From Peribolospora baueri (Eukaryota): a stretch of 64,000 bases of DNA. A program made the translations under genes and the position numbers. This document shows, piece by piece, positions 46,681 to 60,400 of the stretch. Below the pieces are notes generated by a model that had not been told where the DNA came from, did no database searches, and worked only from the letters and a program-made list of their open reading frames with translations. The number at the start of each line of letters is the position of its first letter. Position 1 is the stretch's first letter. The stretch spans positions 62,001 through 126,000 of the forward strand of contig JAMDHS010000019.1 of NCBI GenBank assembly GCA_029717555.1, given 5' to 3'.

Positions 46681-49600
46681 CTAACGGATCCTCGTAGCCT
46701 TCAACGCTCCCGTGACGCTCGCCTCCGCCTTTTTGACCATCAGACCCTGGTCGAAGAAGACCTCGGGCGACTGACATGCCGCGAGGGCGCGGCGCATGTG
46801 CGTCGTAAGGAAGGTGAGGCCGACTTGGTAGGAGGCTGAGGGACGACAAGAGGGGACGAACGAAAGCATAAGTCCAGGGAGTGAGCAATGCTCTCGACGA
46901 CGAGAATCGGTCCAGTCTTGCGCACAAAGACACGGCTTTCACGCACCATTTGTCCAGCCGAAGCCCTCACGAGGGACAAACTTGAAGTCGAGACCCTGGT
47001 TGCCGTACTCGGCATCGACCATATGCGACAGCTTGACCGCGTCAAACTTGTGATTCAAAAACGTCGGACAGTCAGCGCGAGCGACCCCGACATCATCGCC
47101 ATCTGTGAGTACCAGCACACGCACCTTCTCGGGCACCGTCCCGTTGAAGTCGACGAAAGCGACGGTCATCAAGTACAGCCACCGATAGGCGAGCCGACGA
47201 GCGTCCTCGAGATAGCCGTACCGTTCGAGGCCGACCCAGGTCATGATTTGATGTGGCGGCTGTGAGGCATGATATAATTAAACCTTTGATTGGAATCGAA
47301 CAGGCCATTGCCCTAAGCGTGCTCTCCCCATCGAGCCACGGCACTCACCCAAGCGTAAGGGTAGTCCCACTGCCTGTTAGGCCTGTCAATCGAGATACGA
47401 CCGCGGGATTCCTCCGTACCAGACACAAGACCACCAATGACTTCAAACTTTTCCAGCGATTTGGAGCTACCCGACGCGTGATAAAACGTAAATGAGATGA
47501 TCAGACAGGGCGAGAAACGAACGGAAAGGCACGACGAGAACGCAGGCAGCGAGGGATTAGCGATGACTCACACAAGCTTCCAGGCCTGCTCTTCGCTCGC
47601 CACGCCTGACCACATGGGCCAAAAGGACGTGACCGACTCGTACAAGCTCTGCTTCTCCTGTTGTCACAAAGCGCAGACGGCGGAGACGTGTGAGCAGTTG
47701 AAGCGGTATCTCATACACTGCCCAAGTGTTTGGTCACGCTCTGGCGAGAACCGAGGCGGAAACCTCTGGTTCCACTCACGATCTCAGTGTCGTAATCGTA
47801 ATACAACGCCTTGCCCTCGTTCCACTGGTACTTGTTCATCTGTGTCTTTCTGAATTCGGCCCTGCGGAACCACTCGGCCGAGTGCTGGGGAACCTTCGTG
47901 CTCTGACGGGGCTGGTCCGGTGGGCACTCGCCGTTCACGTTGCCGTGCTCGTCCTCGGGAGGGAAAGGAGCCGTGAATTCAAACTCGTCGTCGAGATCGA
48001 TGCGGTCATCAAAGACGTCGTGGATCGCCGTTGCGATATCGATCTCGTACTATCCAGGTGAGAGGGTGGGGGGAAGAAGGGGGAGAGTAGAATGGCGCTA
48101 GTCAGACCGAGCTTCCGAGCTCATCTCCCAATGTATTCTTCGGAAACTCACCTTATATAGCAGCGCATTGAGGTCAACGGTAGCGAGGTTAGCGCACCGC
48201 TTCTCGAGCCTGTAGGTAGTGTCGTGGCCGCTCTCTCGCACGGCCCGGTCGTGGAGGAAGTACTCGTCCAGATCGGGCTCCTTGATCTCTTCCGAGTTGT
48301 ACTTGTCCGTGTACTCGTTCAGGCTCAGCCCGAGCTTCTCGGCATAGGGCCTGAGGACGTGGTAGAAGTGCGTCGCCTCGGTCTCGGGCGGAATGCCAAT
48401 GCCCTCCGGCCGGAAGCGCGAGAGCGACGTCTTGTGGTCGCGGCGAGGGTCGTTCATCCAGACAGTGTGGTACTCCTTAATGGCAGCTTGAATGGCCTTG
48501 CGGAGCCACGCCTTATTCTCCTCTGCTTTGTTTGGATCAAGGCGCGAGTAGACCTGCAGCGCCATGTCCGTCAAGAAGGGCGGTTGCGAGCGACAAAGGT
48601 ACTGGAAGGCGAGCGCGGAAAAAGAACGTCAGCGTCTGTATGCCCTTCGTGGCCCGTCGGTCCGCCGGAAGCACGAGGCGCAGCTCACGTAGCTCCTGCT
48701 GCCGTTGAGGATCTGCAAAGCGCACGAACACAACAAAGGAAGAGTCAGCATGCGGTCGTTGAAGACAAGCAGGACCCTCAAAAGCCGTCGCTGACCTTGC
48801 CGTAATTCTTGATCTCGAAAATGAAATGCTCCACCATTCCCTTGGCCATGTCGATCATGCCGTCGACAACCAGGCCGAGCGAGATGAAGTACGAGCTGTG
48901 GCCGGACGAACGGGGGTCACGCCAGCGTTCAATTTACATCACCAAGGGATGCGAACGACCAGAATCGCGATCAAAGGGACTCACTCCCAATTGTACAACT
49001 GAAAACGAAGGACACACATCGAAAGGAAATGAGGCTCAATCACGACGCAGCGGTGAACATCTCATCTGCACACGAGGCGCAGGCGCCGAGCTCACCTCGT
49101 TGAACCTCCCACCAGGAACGATAAATGGAATTCCCTTGAGCGTCTTCTTTCCGTCCACCTCCACCTCCCTCATGGCGAGCGCCAACGAGCCAGGCTTGTC
49201 GTTGAGATCGCGCACGTACTCGGGAGTGATGTGAGAGGAGAGGTACTCGACTTCGAGGTTTAGCTCTGGCTTGGTGCGCTGGATCTCCTTGTAGTACTCG
49301 TACTGCTGCGGCTCCTTGATGGGGATGTAGATACGAGGGTTCGTGCTCTGCGATCTGTTCTTGGGGTCGCTCAATATCTGTTCCAGGCCATCGCCGTCAA
49401 TACGCCTCGTGAGGTGGTGCCAGAAGGACTGGGAAATCATGCGCGACAGACGGTCCACCGGGTTTTCGGCCAAACGGGACTCGTCGAGCACGATGCGCTT
49501 ACGGCCGTGCTCCCTGGCCAAGGCGAGCTCTTGAAGGAGGTTGGAGAGCATGTAGGTCTGCGTGAACGCGGGGCAAAGGCGGTTCAGAACGGCGCCCAGC

Positions 49601-50653
49601 GCAGGCGGGCCACGGCCGCGAGTTCGTGGACAGCACGCACTCCACGAATATCGAAACCCTTGTAGCCGTTGCTCGTGGCCGTGCCGAGCGACAGCACCTT
49701 GGGTCCGCTGTCGGTGATGCTTATCTGCGAAGGTGGAACAGATGTATGCGCGCTCGCCTTAGCTGGAGGCGGAGCTCGTTGCTCAGAGTCCGTCAGAGCG
49801 CCATTCTATGCACCTGGAAGTCACCATCGGTATCCTCCTGCTCCAGCACGAGACGCATCGTCTCGTCCACATCCACCAAGAAGCGGCGTCCACCCGACCG
49901 CAGCTCGTCTAGAGAGACAGAGAGGAGATAAGGAAAAGGCGAGTCGGTAACGGCTCTTCTCGGCCGCTTCGTCTGAATCGACAGAGGCGGATTGTCGAAC
50001 ACCTCGACGGCCACCCACCGTGCGACAGTCTCCTGGGACGGATGATGGTGTCTTGATTCATCTGAGGCGGCCGTCGCTTCTGCAGGCTCTGCGTTCAGGC
50101 ACGACAAAGACACGGGCAGAAACGACGACCAGAGAACGGCAGAGTCGATGGGCGCGATCAGCCTCGAGGAAGACGCCGAGAAGCCGCAAGGACGGGAGGG
50201 CGAATGGCGATAGTCGGTAGGGAGGGCAGCCCCGGCCTTGCGCGCCACGCCGACAGCTCGCCTGTGCCTTCAGACGGCTCTTGAAAGCGTAGCAGATGTG
50301 CTCACCGCGCTGAACGTCCTTCCTCTCTGCATGACCTGCTCCTTGAGCCTGGCCACCTCATCCTCATCTGGATGGTGGTTGTGCACGCTCCACACGTCGT
50401 GGGGCGAGCGGTCGTCCATGGGGGACGCCATCATGCCGGCGCCGCCGCGAGAAGACACTTGGGAAGCTTGCAAGGTTGGAGGATGTTGGGCGTTGGAGAG
50501 CGACGGGCGACGCGGGACGGGCGAAGTAGGAGGCGTGGGCTCGGTGTCGGCGTCGACGATGGCCGAGTCGTCGGCGGCGTAGGCGTAACTGGACGGAAAG
50601 CCGTGCATGCTCGAGGATGGGTGGACGTCGAAGGCGGGTGGGACGAGGACCAT
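46681..50653 (-). CDS. NTH1: Neutral trehalase (GH37), many exons including micro-exons
   Basis: Regulatory N-terminus with PKA-type sites (RGRTFS, RRLSHD) and the Ca-binding [15 protein letters not shown]. Catalytic-domain motifs: [104 protein letters not shown]. Confidence 0.97.
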
Positions 50654-51591
50654 GGTGAAGGGAAACAGGCTGTGGCCGGAGGGGATGACGGAATGATTCA
50701 CACACGATGCTTCACCCCTCTTGAGTCTTCCTGGTTGGAGAGCCTATCGCGGCGCCAGGCAAGTGGTGGCGGTCGTGTGAGGAGGGACTGATGCGGGTCG
50801 AGAAGGGTGCGTCTTCAGTGGGACTGGACCGGTGGTGGACTGTGGACGCTATCGTCAGGCAGAGTGAAAAAAAAAAAAAGAGAGGGCGGTGGTGGAAAGG
50901 GATTAGGAAGGTCCGTCGAGGAGAGCGATTAATTGGACGACTCGGGAGTCAACAGCCACGCGGCCGTATTGAGGACGTGATCGATGGACCGCAGCAAAGC
51001 GGGGGAGGCGGCGCAGCTGGAAAGAGAAGGAGACGTTGGCGGCGGAGGGAGGGTGGCGCGGGCGGGCAGGCAGGCAGGCGCCACCTGAACGGCACGGCAC
51101 GGCCGGAAGGGTCAAGGTGGAGGATCAGAAAGCGATTCTCAAGGAGAGCTTGTTGTTGTTGTCGTCGTCGACGTCGTCGGAGACGTGCGCGGCGACGGCG
51201 AGTCACTTGACGGCTGCGACACGGGTCAGCGTCAATTGCGTCGCAAGCAGTGTATTCAGCCGGCTGTTCAATAGCAACAGCACTCGGCGCTGCGTCAGCG
51301 GTTCCCGCTTCACCCCGCCGCGCGCCGGCGTCTTTGAGCGAGCTCGCTCTTCCTCGACGTTCGATGTCGAGTAGAAAACGGACAGGACACAGTCCAAAGC
51401 AATAGGCCCTAGGTCTTTTCTAGGGATTGAAAATATGCCAGACACATATCGCATGCGAAATGACCGACCCGCCTATCTACGGTTATACGGCGAGCTCCCC
51501 ACAGATAAGCAAAACCATAGGACAAGGGACGGAGCGGTGATATCATACAGGGCGATCGAACAAGCCAAACAGAGAACGCCATCTAAGTGGG

Positions 51592-52412
51592 CTATCGAGT
51601 CGTCTGCTTGTCCTTCGACGAGCAATCGGACAAGACGAGGAAGGGGACGACAAGAGAACAGGGAACGAGACGAAGCGCTCGCGTCAGCACAAGACGCTCA
51701 CAGTCGGAAAGGACACAGTCAGATAAAGACGTACGCACCAGCAGATCCTTCGCCTCGTTGATCTTGGCGGCCAAGTATGGAGAGCCGCCCCGGTCCGGGT
51801 GGTTGGCGATCATGATCCGACGGTGGGCGTCCTTGATCCGGTTCTTCGTCAGGCCCGCGTCCCTGTACACACGGACGGTGGCGAGACGAACGAGAGCCAA
51901 AGGAAATGGCGGGGTGAGCATACGGTTTCGGACTGGCGCGATTGCCTTGGACGAACGATGTGCGGATGGCGATGAATCGCCCCGTGGACGCCAGAGCCAC
52001 CGAAACGACGAGGTTCACTGCTCGTTCTTGCGGCCTCGAACGTCGACACCGAAGCAGTGAGGGCACCTTTGCACCACCGCACAACCAGAAAACAGCGGCC
52101 TCTTGCCAGTGCGCACGTATGCCAACACGGCACGGCGCCCGCCACCAAGAGTCCGGGAGTACTCACTTGAGGCCCAAGATCTGCGCCGCCTCCTTCTTGT
52201 CCATCTTCTGCTGGAAGCCGCCTTTTATCCACTGCGAGTTCTTTGCGGCGCTCGCTCCTCCTCTCAGGAGCATCTGGCGTCCCACCACGCCCCTGGAATG
52301 TCCGCGCGGGGAGGCGAGACGGTCAGCGGTGCTGGGATGAGGGAGCGGGAGCGGAGAGGGCAGAAACTCACAGACACAGAGCGCTGACGCCTACAACAAA
52401 CGCCGTGGCCAT
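51592..52412 (-). CDS. PAM18: Mitochondrial import motor J-protein Pam18/Tim14, 4 exons
   Basis: Spliced product [23 protein letters not shown]...[69 protein letters not shown]. It has the HPD motif and the GGFxxKM signature. Confidence 0.95.
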
Positions 52413-53722
52413 CGGAGCAGGAATGGAGAGACGGAAAGAACGGTGGCGGCGGAGTGATGGCTATGTGAACGAAGAAACTCGAACGAACGCACGCTGCGAA
52501 GGAGAGAGAACGAAGGCGAATCGGTCATAGCCGGCGCCAGAAATGCTGCGGCGGAGGAAGCGCTGTGAGCAATCGACGGCCGCAGTCGATGCTTACCGAC
52601 TTGCCATCGTCCCGCAAACAGACACAGACAGGCAGACAGGCAGACGTGCGACCATTTTTCCGACCAGCGTCGGTTCGTCGCTTGGCCGCGGCGTTAGACG
52701 ACGACGTCAGCTTCCTTTTCCGTCTGACCTCCGGGCGGTTGCAGGCCTCGAAAAGCCTGTGCCGTGCCGGTCGATGAACACCTCGTGCCGCTTGACGCTG
52801 TCAGAGCGCGTACAAGCATGATGTGGTGCCATCTGGGGCTCTGACGCAGAAGCCCAGCGGCATTGTTCTAGCAGTGGCCCGCATGGCAAGGGCCTCTAGT
52901 CTCGTATGCAGGCTCACGCGAAGGCACCATCGAGGCCACCGGAAAATGACGGACTGTGGGCGTCCGACGCGGGTGCGCAGGAAGGATAAGTAGGGTGGTT
53001 CGTGGTTCTGGGGAAGGCGGGTCGTGGTGCGCGGCGCGGTGGAATAGAGTACACTCGGAGAGGTTAGAGCATACACAGCATGGTGCGTGTCTCCAGAAAA
53101 AGAGAAAATACAGCCGGCAATCCTCGGTCCGTCCTTCGAAGTTCCAGGGCAGGCCATGCGGCACGTCCACGAGAGATAAACCTAGGGCCGGGGAAACGCA
53201 ACTATGGGATCTGGCCGGCCTACTTCGAGCCTCGAGGGACGTCTGATCGACTCCGGTAGACGTCCCTCCTCGTATCTTCGTTTCCGTTCCTTCCATCCCA
53301 GCGCCGATTCTCCTCCCTCCCCTCCCTCTCCCCCTTTTCCATACAAGGCTGTCCGTCCAGCCGCCGAGGGTCATAGAGCATACACAGTAAGTAGTATCTG
53401 GGCATCTGAGCGGTCCCAACTCTCTCGCCGGCTGGCTCGTTTCGCACACAGTTCAAGTGATCGTCTTGACGCGCTGAGCAAGTGCGCGTCGATAAGGTGG
53501 TGGTGGGTGCTTGCTGCGGAGAAGAAGACGGAGGGAGGCATGTACATACAATTCTCGGGGCACCGTAGCCGAAGGGAACGAGTTCTTGACTACATGTACA
53601 TACGTTACAGGTCGCGAGAGAGAGAGCGTGAACGGGACCGAACATTGCTGACGGCGGACGGCGGACGGAGGGAGAACGGAGGACGGAGGTGGTGGTGAGC
53701 GTGGGACTGGTCGGTGGTCACG

Positions 53723-54345
53723 TCACCCCTTGGGACCGGACGGGTTGCTGGCGTTGCACTTGCACGGAAGTTTGCAAGGACACCACCTCTGTCCCGTGTG
53801 CCTGTTGAAACTGCGCGGAGAGAGGGAACGGGGCGAAAGCGTGAGAGCAGAAGGGAAGGCAAAGGGGATCAGACGAGCGTTCGCCGCGCAGGCCGGCTGA
53901 CTGGCATAGATCGCAGCACGTCAGAGAGGAGAAGGGAGCGTGTACGTACCAGATGCACCAGACGTTATCGCAATCCCGCCGCTTCGAGTCTACGCTTACG
54001 ACATCCTCGTTGCCTTCATCGCCATCGCCGTCGCCGTCGGCACAACCACTGCATCCGCATCCGCATCCGAAGGAAGAAGAAGATGCGGAGGAGGCAGCAC
54101 GGTCCGTCGGGACGAAAGGGAAGTCGTCATCAGGGAGGGGCAGAACGTCTGACGGCGCCTCTAGCGCTGGCTGAGGCTTGCAACACTGCGGAGAAAGGGC
54201 AGAAGGGATTGAGAATTGTAAAATCGGACTGTTGTCAGACGGCGTGTTCCGGGAAGGGTCGACCTGACCGGCCCGACCGGCCGAGTCCCGCCCGGTGGGA
54301 GTGCGATGCAACGCACGCCGCACGCCGCGACGTGCTCACCTTCAT
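53723..54345 (-). CDS. 109-aa metallothionein-like Cys-rich protein, 3 exons; an N-terminal extension is possible
   Basis: Exons 54345-54340 (ATGAAG), 54185-53950 and 53810-53723, with introns GTGAGC...CCGCAG and GTACGT...GCGCAG. Product: MKCCKPQPALEAPSDVLPLPDDDFPFVPTDRAASSASSSSFGCGCGCSGCADGDGDGDEGNEDVVSVDSKRRDCDNVWCICFNRHTGQRWCPCKLPCKCNASNPSGPKG* (13 Cys). Confidence 0.75.
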
Positions 54346-55031
54346 CGCCACGGCTTCGGTGGGCTTCGGCGGCGGCGGACCGGCGGTGAACCCGGGATGA
54401 TTAGAGAGAAGGGCGAGTTGAGGCCATTTAAGTGCTTGCAGAAAAACGCGGGTGTGACGAGGGGTTGAGCGGATGGAGAAAGAAAAGGAGGGGAGGAGGA
54501 TGGAGGTGGTCCAAGCTGATGGCGGCGGCGGCGACCGTGGCGACGGTATTAGGGATGGTGGCAAGCTTGGGTGGTGGTCCTCCCTGGCGCGGAACGCGAA
54601 CAGTTTCTTGGGATGAGTGTGCGTCCATCGAATGGGCGGGCGTGCATGATGGTGTGCCCCGGTCGGTCTCGTCTTTTTGTCCTCCTTCGGCGTCCTATCT
54701 ACCCCCACATCGGTGATCGCTCGGCCCCGTCCATCATTGCGAGCGGCCCCGTGCAGAGCGAGCCGGAAAGACTTGCCGTTTGTTCTCGGTCGAGTCGAGC
54801 TTGGATGGGCTGTGGAGATGAGAGGAGCGCTGGAAGGCGACGGGCGGGGGGAACTGGCATGGGTATGGGCATGGGCATGGGCATGCTCGAGTTGAGAGGG
54901 AGGGCGTGGGAAAGCGGACAAGGGCCGATGGTGGAGAGGCGAGGCGAGGCGAATGGCCATTGGCGAGTGGCCGTCCATCGTCGATGGCCTTGCTGCCGTT
55001 GGAGGTGCGATGACGGGGAGAGGGAGCGAGC

Positions 55032-55116
<85 letters not shown>

Positions 55117-55164
55117 GTAGATAGATAGGTAGATAGATAGATAGATAGATAGAAAGATAGATAG
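55032..55164 (+). repeat. (GATA)n microsatellite, about 33 units with a few GGTA/GAAA variants
   Basis: Directly visible. It produces the spurious (SIYL)n ORF. Confidence 0.97.
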
Positions 55165-57416
55165 TCTGGCTGGACTCGACATTCGACTGGCTGGCTTCAA
55201 GCTAGCACGCACGCTGCCGCTGCTGGTCGCCGTGGGTGTGGCCGTGGCCGTGTCTTTTGGCGACGTTGAACCAGAGGGTCGGGACTGGCGGCAAGGCGGG
55301 CGAGCGCTAATAAAGTGGTCGATATCGAGCGCTGCTGGAGCGAGAGGACGTCGGTAGCGTGTGCTGTGCGCACTGGACGTAGTCCGTGCTACGCAGGTCT
55401 ACCTGTGAGCCGGCCAGCCGGCTCTCTAGCTTGAGAGTGCGTGCAGACGGCCCTTGGTTGGTTGGGCCTTGGCGGAGCCGGCCGAGCCGAGACGGGAGGA
55501 GGATGCTGTGCGAGGAGAGTACGTACATAATAGGTCACGTACGTCAGCTGACGCCCCACGGCGTCGGTCCGCGTCCGTTAGCTTACTGCTAATGTAAATC
55601 TCCTGCCACATCCCACATCCGTCCGGCGAGGAGGAGCGGGGACGGAGAAGGGAGGGAGGTGGCAGGTGCAGGAGGAGCGAGGGAAGGCAGGGCGAGTAGA
55701 GAAGCAAGGCGTATAGTATGGTATAGTATAGTATAGTATGTGTACGTTTACGTCTTTGGCCGCAGGAGATGGACGGCGGCCACAAGAAGGTCGTGCGCCG
55801 GGGCTCCCGAGCGAATGCAATAATGCAAATGCAAATGCAAATGCGAGATGCGACATGACGCCGCCGCTCGGATGTGGAGCCGACCGACGGTGGCGGAGAG
55901 TGCAGAGGAGCACCTCCAATACGTCGGCCGGCCATCGACAACGTCGGTGCTATCCGTCTTTAGTCTGACCGCCGCTCTGAGCATCAAGGCGCACGCCGTG
56001 GACCTCGCACGACCGACACCAACCGTCATCTGTCGTTCATTATCATCATCATGGGCCCGGCTGAGCCAGCCCAACGGCGGGATCGGCTTGGCGTCGCGCG
56101 AGGAGACAGCGAGCTGAGCTGAGCGGCTGATACAACCTTTCTTCTCTTCAGCTGCGTCGATCAATAAAAAAAGTGTTCCTCCTCGTCAGGGAGGGCGAAA
56201 GAAAACGAAACAAAGACAGCCGTCATTTCACCTAACCCGTCCATCCTCTAGCGCTGGGCGGCTTGGTTTTCGGGCTCGCTGTTGGTGGAAGGGCCGTCGG
56301 CTGATTCGCTCATGTGTACGTACGTCTTGCACGGGCAAAACAGTCTATCTTTTCAACGTTCTTTTATTTTTATTTTTATTTTTATTATTTTTCGCCCCTC
56401 CCTCTTGCGGTCTCGTTCTACTCCATCTTATCCTCATCTCATCTCGTTAAACAGCCTGCCTTCTCGAGGCATGAGTTGTGAGAAGGTGGTGGGAGGATGG
56501 ATGGACGGATGGATCGCGTCAGTGTCATTCTCGCTGTTGGCCGATGGTGAAGTGAAAGCCAACAACTGCGCATCGGGCATCGGGCGTAGGCGGGCGCGCC
56601 GTGGTCGACACCGATCATTCCATTGACGAGGAAGGAAGGGGAAAAAAATGGAACGAAAGGAACGGCGAAAGAGGATACGCGGTAGATAGACAGACGGACG
56701 TTGCATGTCGGTGAACCGGACCTAACCGTAACCGTAACCAGCTCGTCCGTGCTCCACTCCGCCCTGTTCGTCTTCGGGATTAGGTAGGGGTATGGATTGC
56801 AAAGTCTGCGAGGAGGAGAGCGTAGAAACTACAGGGAGGTTCACGTGCTGGAAGGGGACGGAACGGACGGAGCGAAGGAGGGTCCGGGGCACGAAGCCCC
56901 GAAAAGCGATGGATGGGGTGAAGGAAGGCAGGACATACGAAATCACCAAACGAGGTCGTGATGACTATGCCAGAGCAAGGATGGATGGACAGAAGCCAAG
57001 GGAGAAGGGCGCTTGTAAAGAAGGGGGAGGCTAAGGAATGTATATACCTAGGGTTTTGTCCAAGCCAAGGCGGCGGGCCCGGCGAACGAGGAGAGGTGGG
57101 AGGATGGGTACTTGTGATCAGCCAAAACCGCTGCATCGCGGAATAGGGCCCATAGCGAAGGAACCCATTGAAGACCGATGAAACGCAGCCACGCGTACAT
57201 GGGCGGGAACGAGGAGGCGCGAGTTGGAAGAAAGGAAAGAAAAAGGTGGGAGTCGGAGTGGGTAAAATAAGGGGACCGGTTCGGTGCCTTAGAAGAGAGT
57301 AGCGTGCGTGGTGACGGAGCGCACCGGCCGATGGGAGATAGAAGCATGTTTGGATGGGCGGGAGATTGAGCCCCGGCGAAAGTAGAAAGTGGATATCCCC
57401 AACGCGGACTTCCTCC

Positions 57417-60400
57417 TCACTTGCCAATCAAGTCCTCCCCATGCACCCTAACGCGGTACAAGCAAGTCATCTCGGGATTTCCGTGGTTGCTCGTGACCTT
57501 GACGATCACAACCCCCATGGGGATGCCCAGCTCGCGCACCGCTTGGCGCACGGAGAACGTCTGCACGGAGCTCTCGTCGCTGGGATCGTAGGTGAACTGC
57601 GCGAGCAGGACGTGGTCCGGACGAGGGGGAATGGGAATGAGCTGGGGTTCGCCTGACCCGGCACCGGAATCGAGAGAGGCGTCATTGGCAGACGTCGACT
57701 CGGCGAGCCGCTGATGGTAGCGCTCGACGGCGTGCACGTCCTCCTCGCGCTCGAGCACGCCCCAGATTTCAAAGTCCTTGGGCGCCGTCGTGAGGTCGTA
57801 GGCGTTCTCTTTGGCCACGTGGTCGATCGTTATGTCCGTCACCACGATCCTCCTCGAGAGAGCGATGCCGAGCTGCCCCGTCTCGCCTCGGAAAGGCCAG
57901 CAGCTTCCGACATTGGTGTCCGGGTGCAGCGCGGTCACCGGCGGCCGGCCTTGGATGACGCCCATGCCCGTTGCCGAGCCGAACAAGCTCCCCATTATGC
58001 CCCGAGGTCGCATGGCGTAAGTCGGAGACGTGGCTGAGGGGATGATGTGTGCTCCGCCGGTGTAGAGGGCATAATCGGGTCGAGCGACAACGTCTGCAGC
58101 GTGACGACGAAGAGCCGACTCGACCAGACTGCTGATGAGGGCGGTGATGTTTTGGCCATCCGAGGTCTTGATGGTAACGTCGAGATCGCCCTCCTCGTGA
58201 GACCCGCCAAATCCAGGTAGGTGCCATTTGCTACCGGTCGAGGCGCCCCGACCGCCTTGGTGAACCTGCTCCTGACGAGCCGCCTTGGCCAGGAACTCTC
58301 GGCCGATACTCTGCACGTTCTCGTTGACCTTGGTCTCGAAGTCTGTCTTTAACGTCTTCATCTCGCGGTGGAGGACGTCGAGGAAAGCTTGTCGGGAAAC
58401 GACCGCGCCAGAGTTGACCTTGCGAGACAGCTCTGCGTCGGCCCAGGTGCGGAGCGCGGCCTCGTTCGCAGCGAGGAAATTGTTCCACGACGGCGGCGGA
58501 GCTGGAGTCCCTCCGCGCGAAGGTTTTGTCGCGAGATCGGCCTCTTCCCTGCTCAAGAAGACTTGCCTGAGGTGAGTCCAGAACGCCGGATCGATCTCAA
58601 TCTCTCCCGACTTGGCATCCATCCGCACAGCCAGACGGGACGGCAAGTAGTCCTCGATGGCCTTGACGGCGATGGACGCAACCCTCTCCGCGTCCAGCGT
58701 GACAGACACCTTAGCAGCATGCTCCACCACCTGCGAGCCGACATTTGCGAGCTCCTCCTGAAGCTTGTCCACTTCGGCATTGAGCTTGGCCACATTAGTC
58801 GCGCTGGCGCGGTGCCCAGCGCCCACTTCGTCAACTTGAGAGGACAGTTTTGCGAATTGAGATTTGACGGCCTCGATCGCCTGCTCGACTCGGCTGAAAT
58901 CACGCTTCTGCGCGTTCTCAAGCCGTTTGTCCGCTTCGCGCATCCGGCGTTGCACGTCGTCGATCGAGCCCTCGAGCTTTGCCACCCGTTTGACGATGCC
59001 AGCGGCGGAGCGATCGGACAGCTCCAACTTCTCCCGCGAATCGCGCTCGAGCAGAGCGAGCTCGGCCATGCTGTGCTCCAGCGAGGTGAGACGTTCGACC
59101 AGCTCGGCAAGCGTCTCTGGTGGGACTTCCGGGGCGCTCCAAACCTTCGGGGTGCCGAAAAAGGGGATGCTCGGGAGCAAAGCCTTGAGCTGGTTCGTCC
59201 TGGACAAAGATGTGGCGTCACGAGGCTGACTCAAGAGGCCGACAACCAAAATGGCCAAGAGGATGACGCCAACCAGGTTGAATATCCGCTTCCAGTTGAC
59301 GAGTGAGAGCTGCGTCTTGGTCATATTGCCCATCCGCGCGAAAAGCAAAACCGGGAGTCCGAGTGTGTAGTGGAGGGTGACGGCGAGGAGGCGGTAGATC
59401 ACGTAGAAGATGGACGTGAGGATAACGTAGAAGAAGAGGCATACGCTGCGCAGAAGCCTGCCTAGCGATCCTCCCACCAAGTCAGGCTCCTCATCCAGAG
59501 GTTCGTCGTCGTATTCGGCCACATTGTCCACTGACGTATCTGCGCTGTAGTCGTCGACGCCGCTCGGGATCTCGACTCCGGAATCGACCAGTGCAACCTT
59601 CCTGCTCTTGCCCTTCGGTGTCCCCCTCCGTGCCAGGCTCGAACTGACCGCGAACTCAGCGGACGCTCCCTCATCCGTCGGAACATCCTCTTCATCGTCT
59701 CCTTCCCCACCCTGACTGTTCCTCTTCCCTCCGCTCTTCCTCTTCTTCCGCCCCTTGTGCCAATCTGGGATACGTCCCGAAGGCAGAGGCCCAAGTCCCG
59801 GTTGCGACTTCCTTCTCCTACGCCTCCTGCCTTCATCCGAGAGCACGTCGTCATCGTCGCTCTCTTCGTCGGCACGAGGACGATACGTACGGTTATCAAA
59901 CGACGTCCTTCCCTTCTTCCGACGCGCGCTTCCACCACCTTCCGAGGGCTCGTAGTCGGGTTCCGCTCGAGAAGTAGGGCTGTGAAGGAACGAAAGCCAG
60001 GACCCGCTCCATCCTTGCCCGGTGGGCTTTTCGCGCGCTTCCCTCTCCAGGCTCGCCGCGTACCTTTCCTCCTCGGTGTAGTCGTAGCTTTTGCTGTTAT
60101 CTTCCTCCTCGCCTGGTGCAGGGGGGTGGGGAGAGAGCGAACTGCGTTGGCGAACGTAGAAGGTAGCCGGTTCGAGGGGCTGCCTCATGGACGTCGTCTC
60201 GCCTTCCCAATCCGCAGGAGGATCCACATCGATGAGGTCGATGGGATCCGCCGACTCATCCCCATCCAAGGGATCGGCAGCCCTTCCATTTCGTGAGCTG
60301 GCAGCGCCATTGTGTCCTCCCCTGCTCCTCGAGGTCGACGTCGATCCTACGCTCACAGGAGCCCTGGTAGCGTTCGCGCCTGTGCCTGTCCAGCCGTTGA

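Noticed and set aside
54235..55212. 325-aa ORF with (SIYL)n repeats
   Set aside because: It is the translation of the (GATA)n microsatellite. Only its 3' part might be an extension of the metallothionein-like gene.
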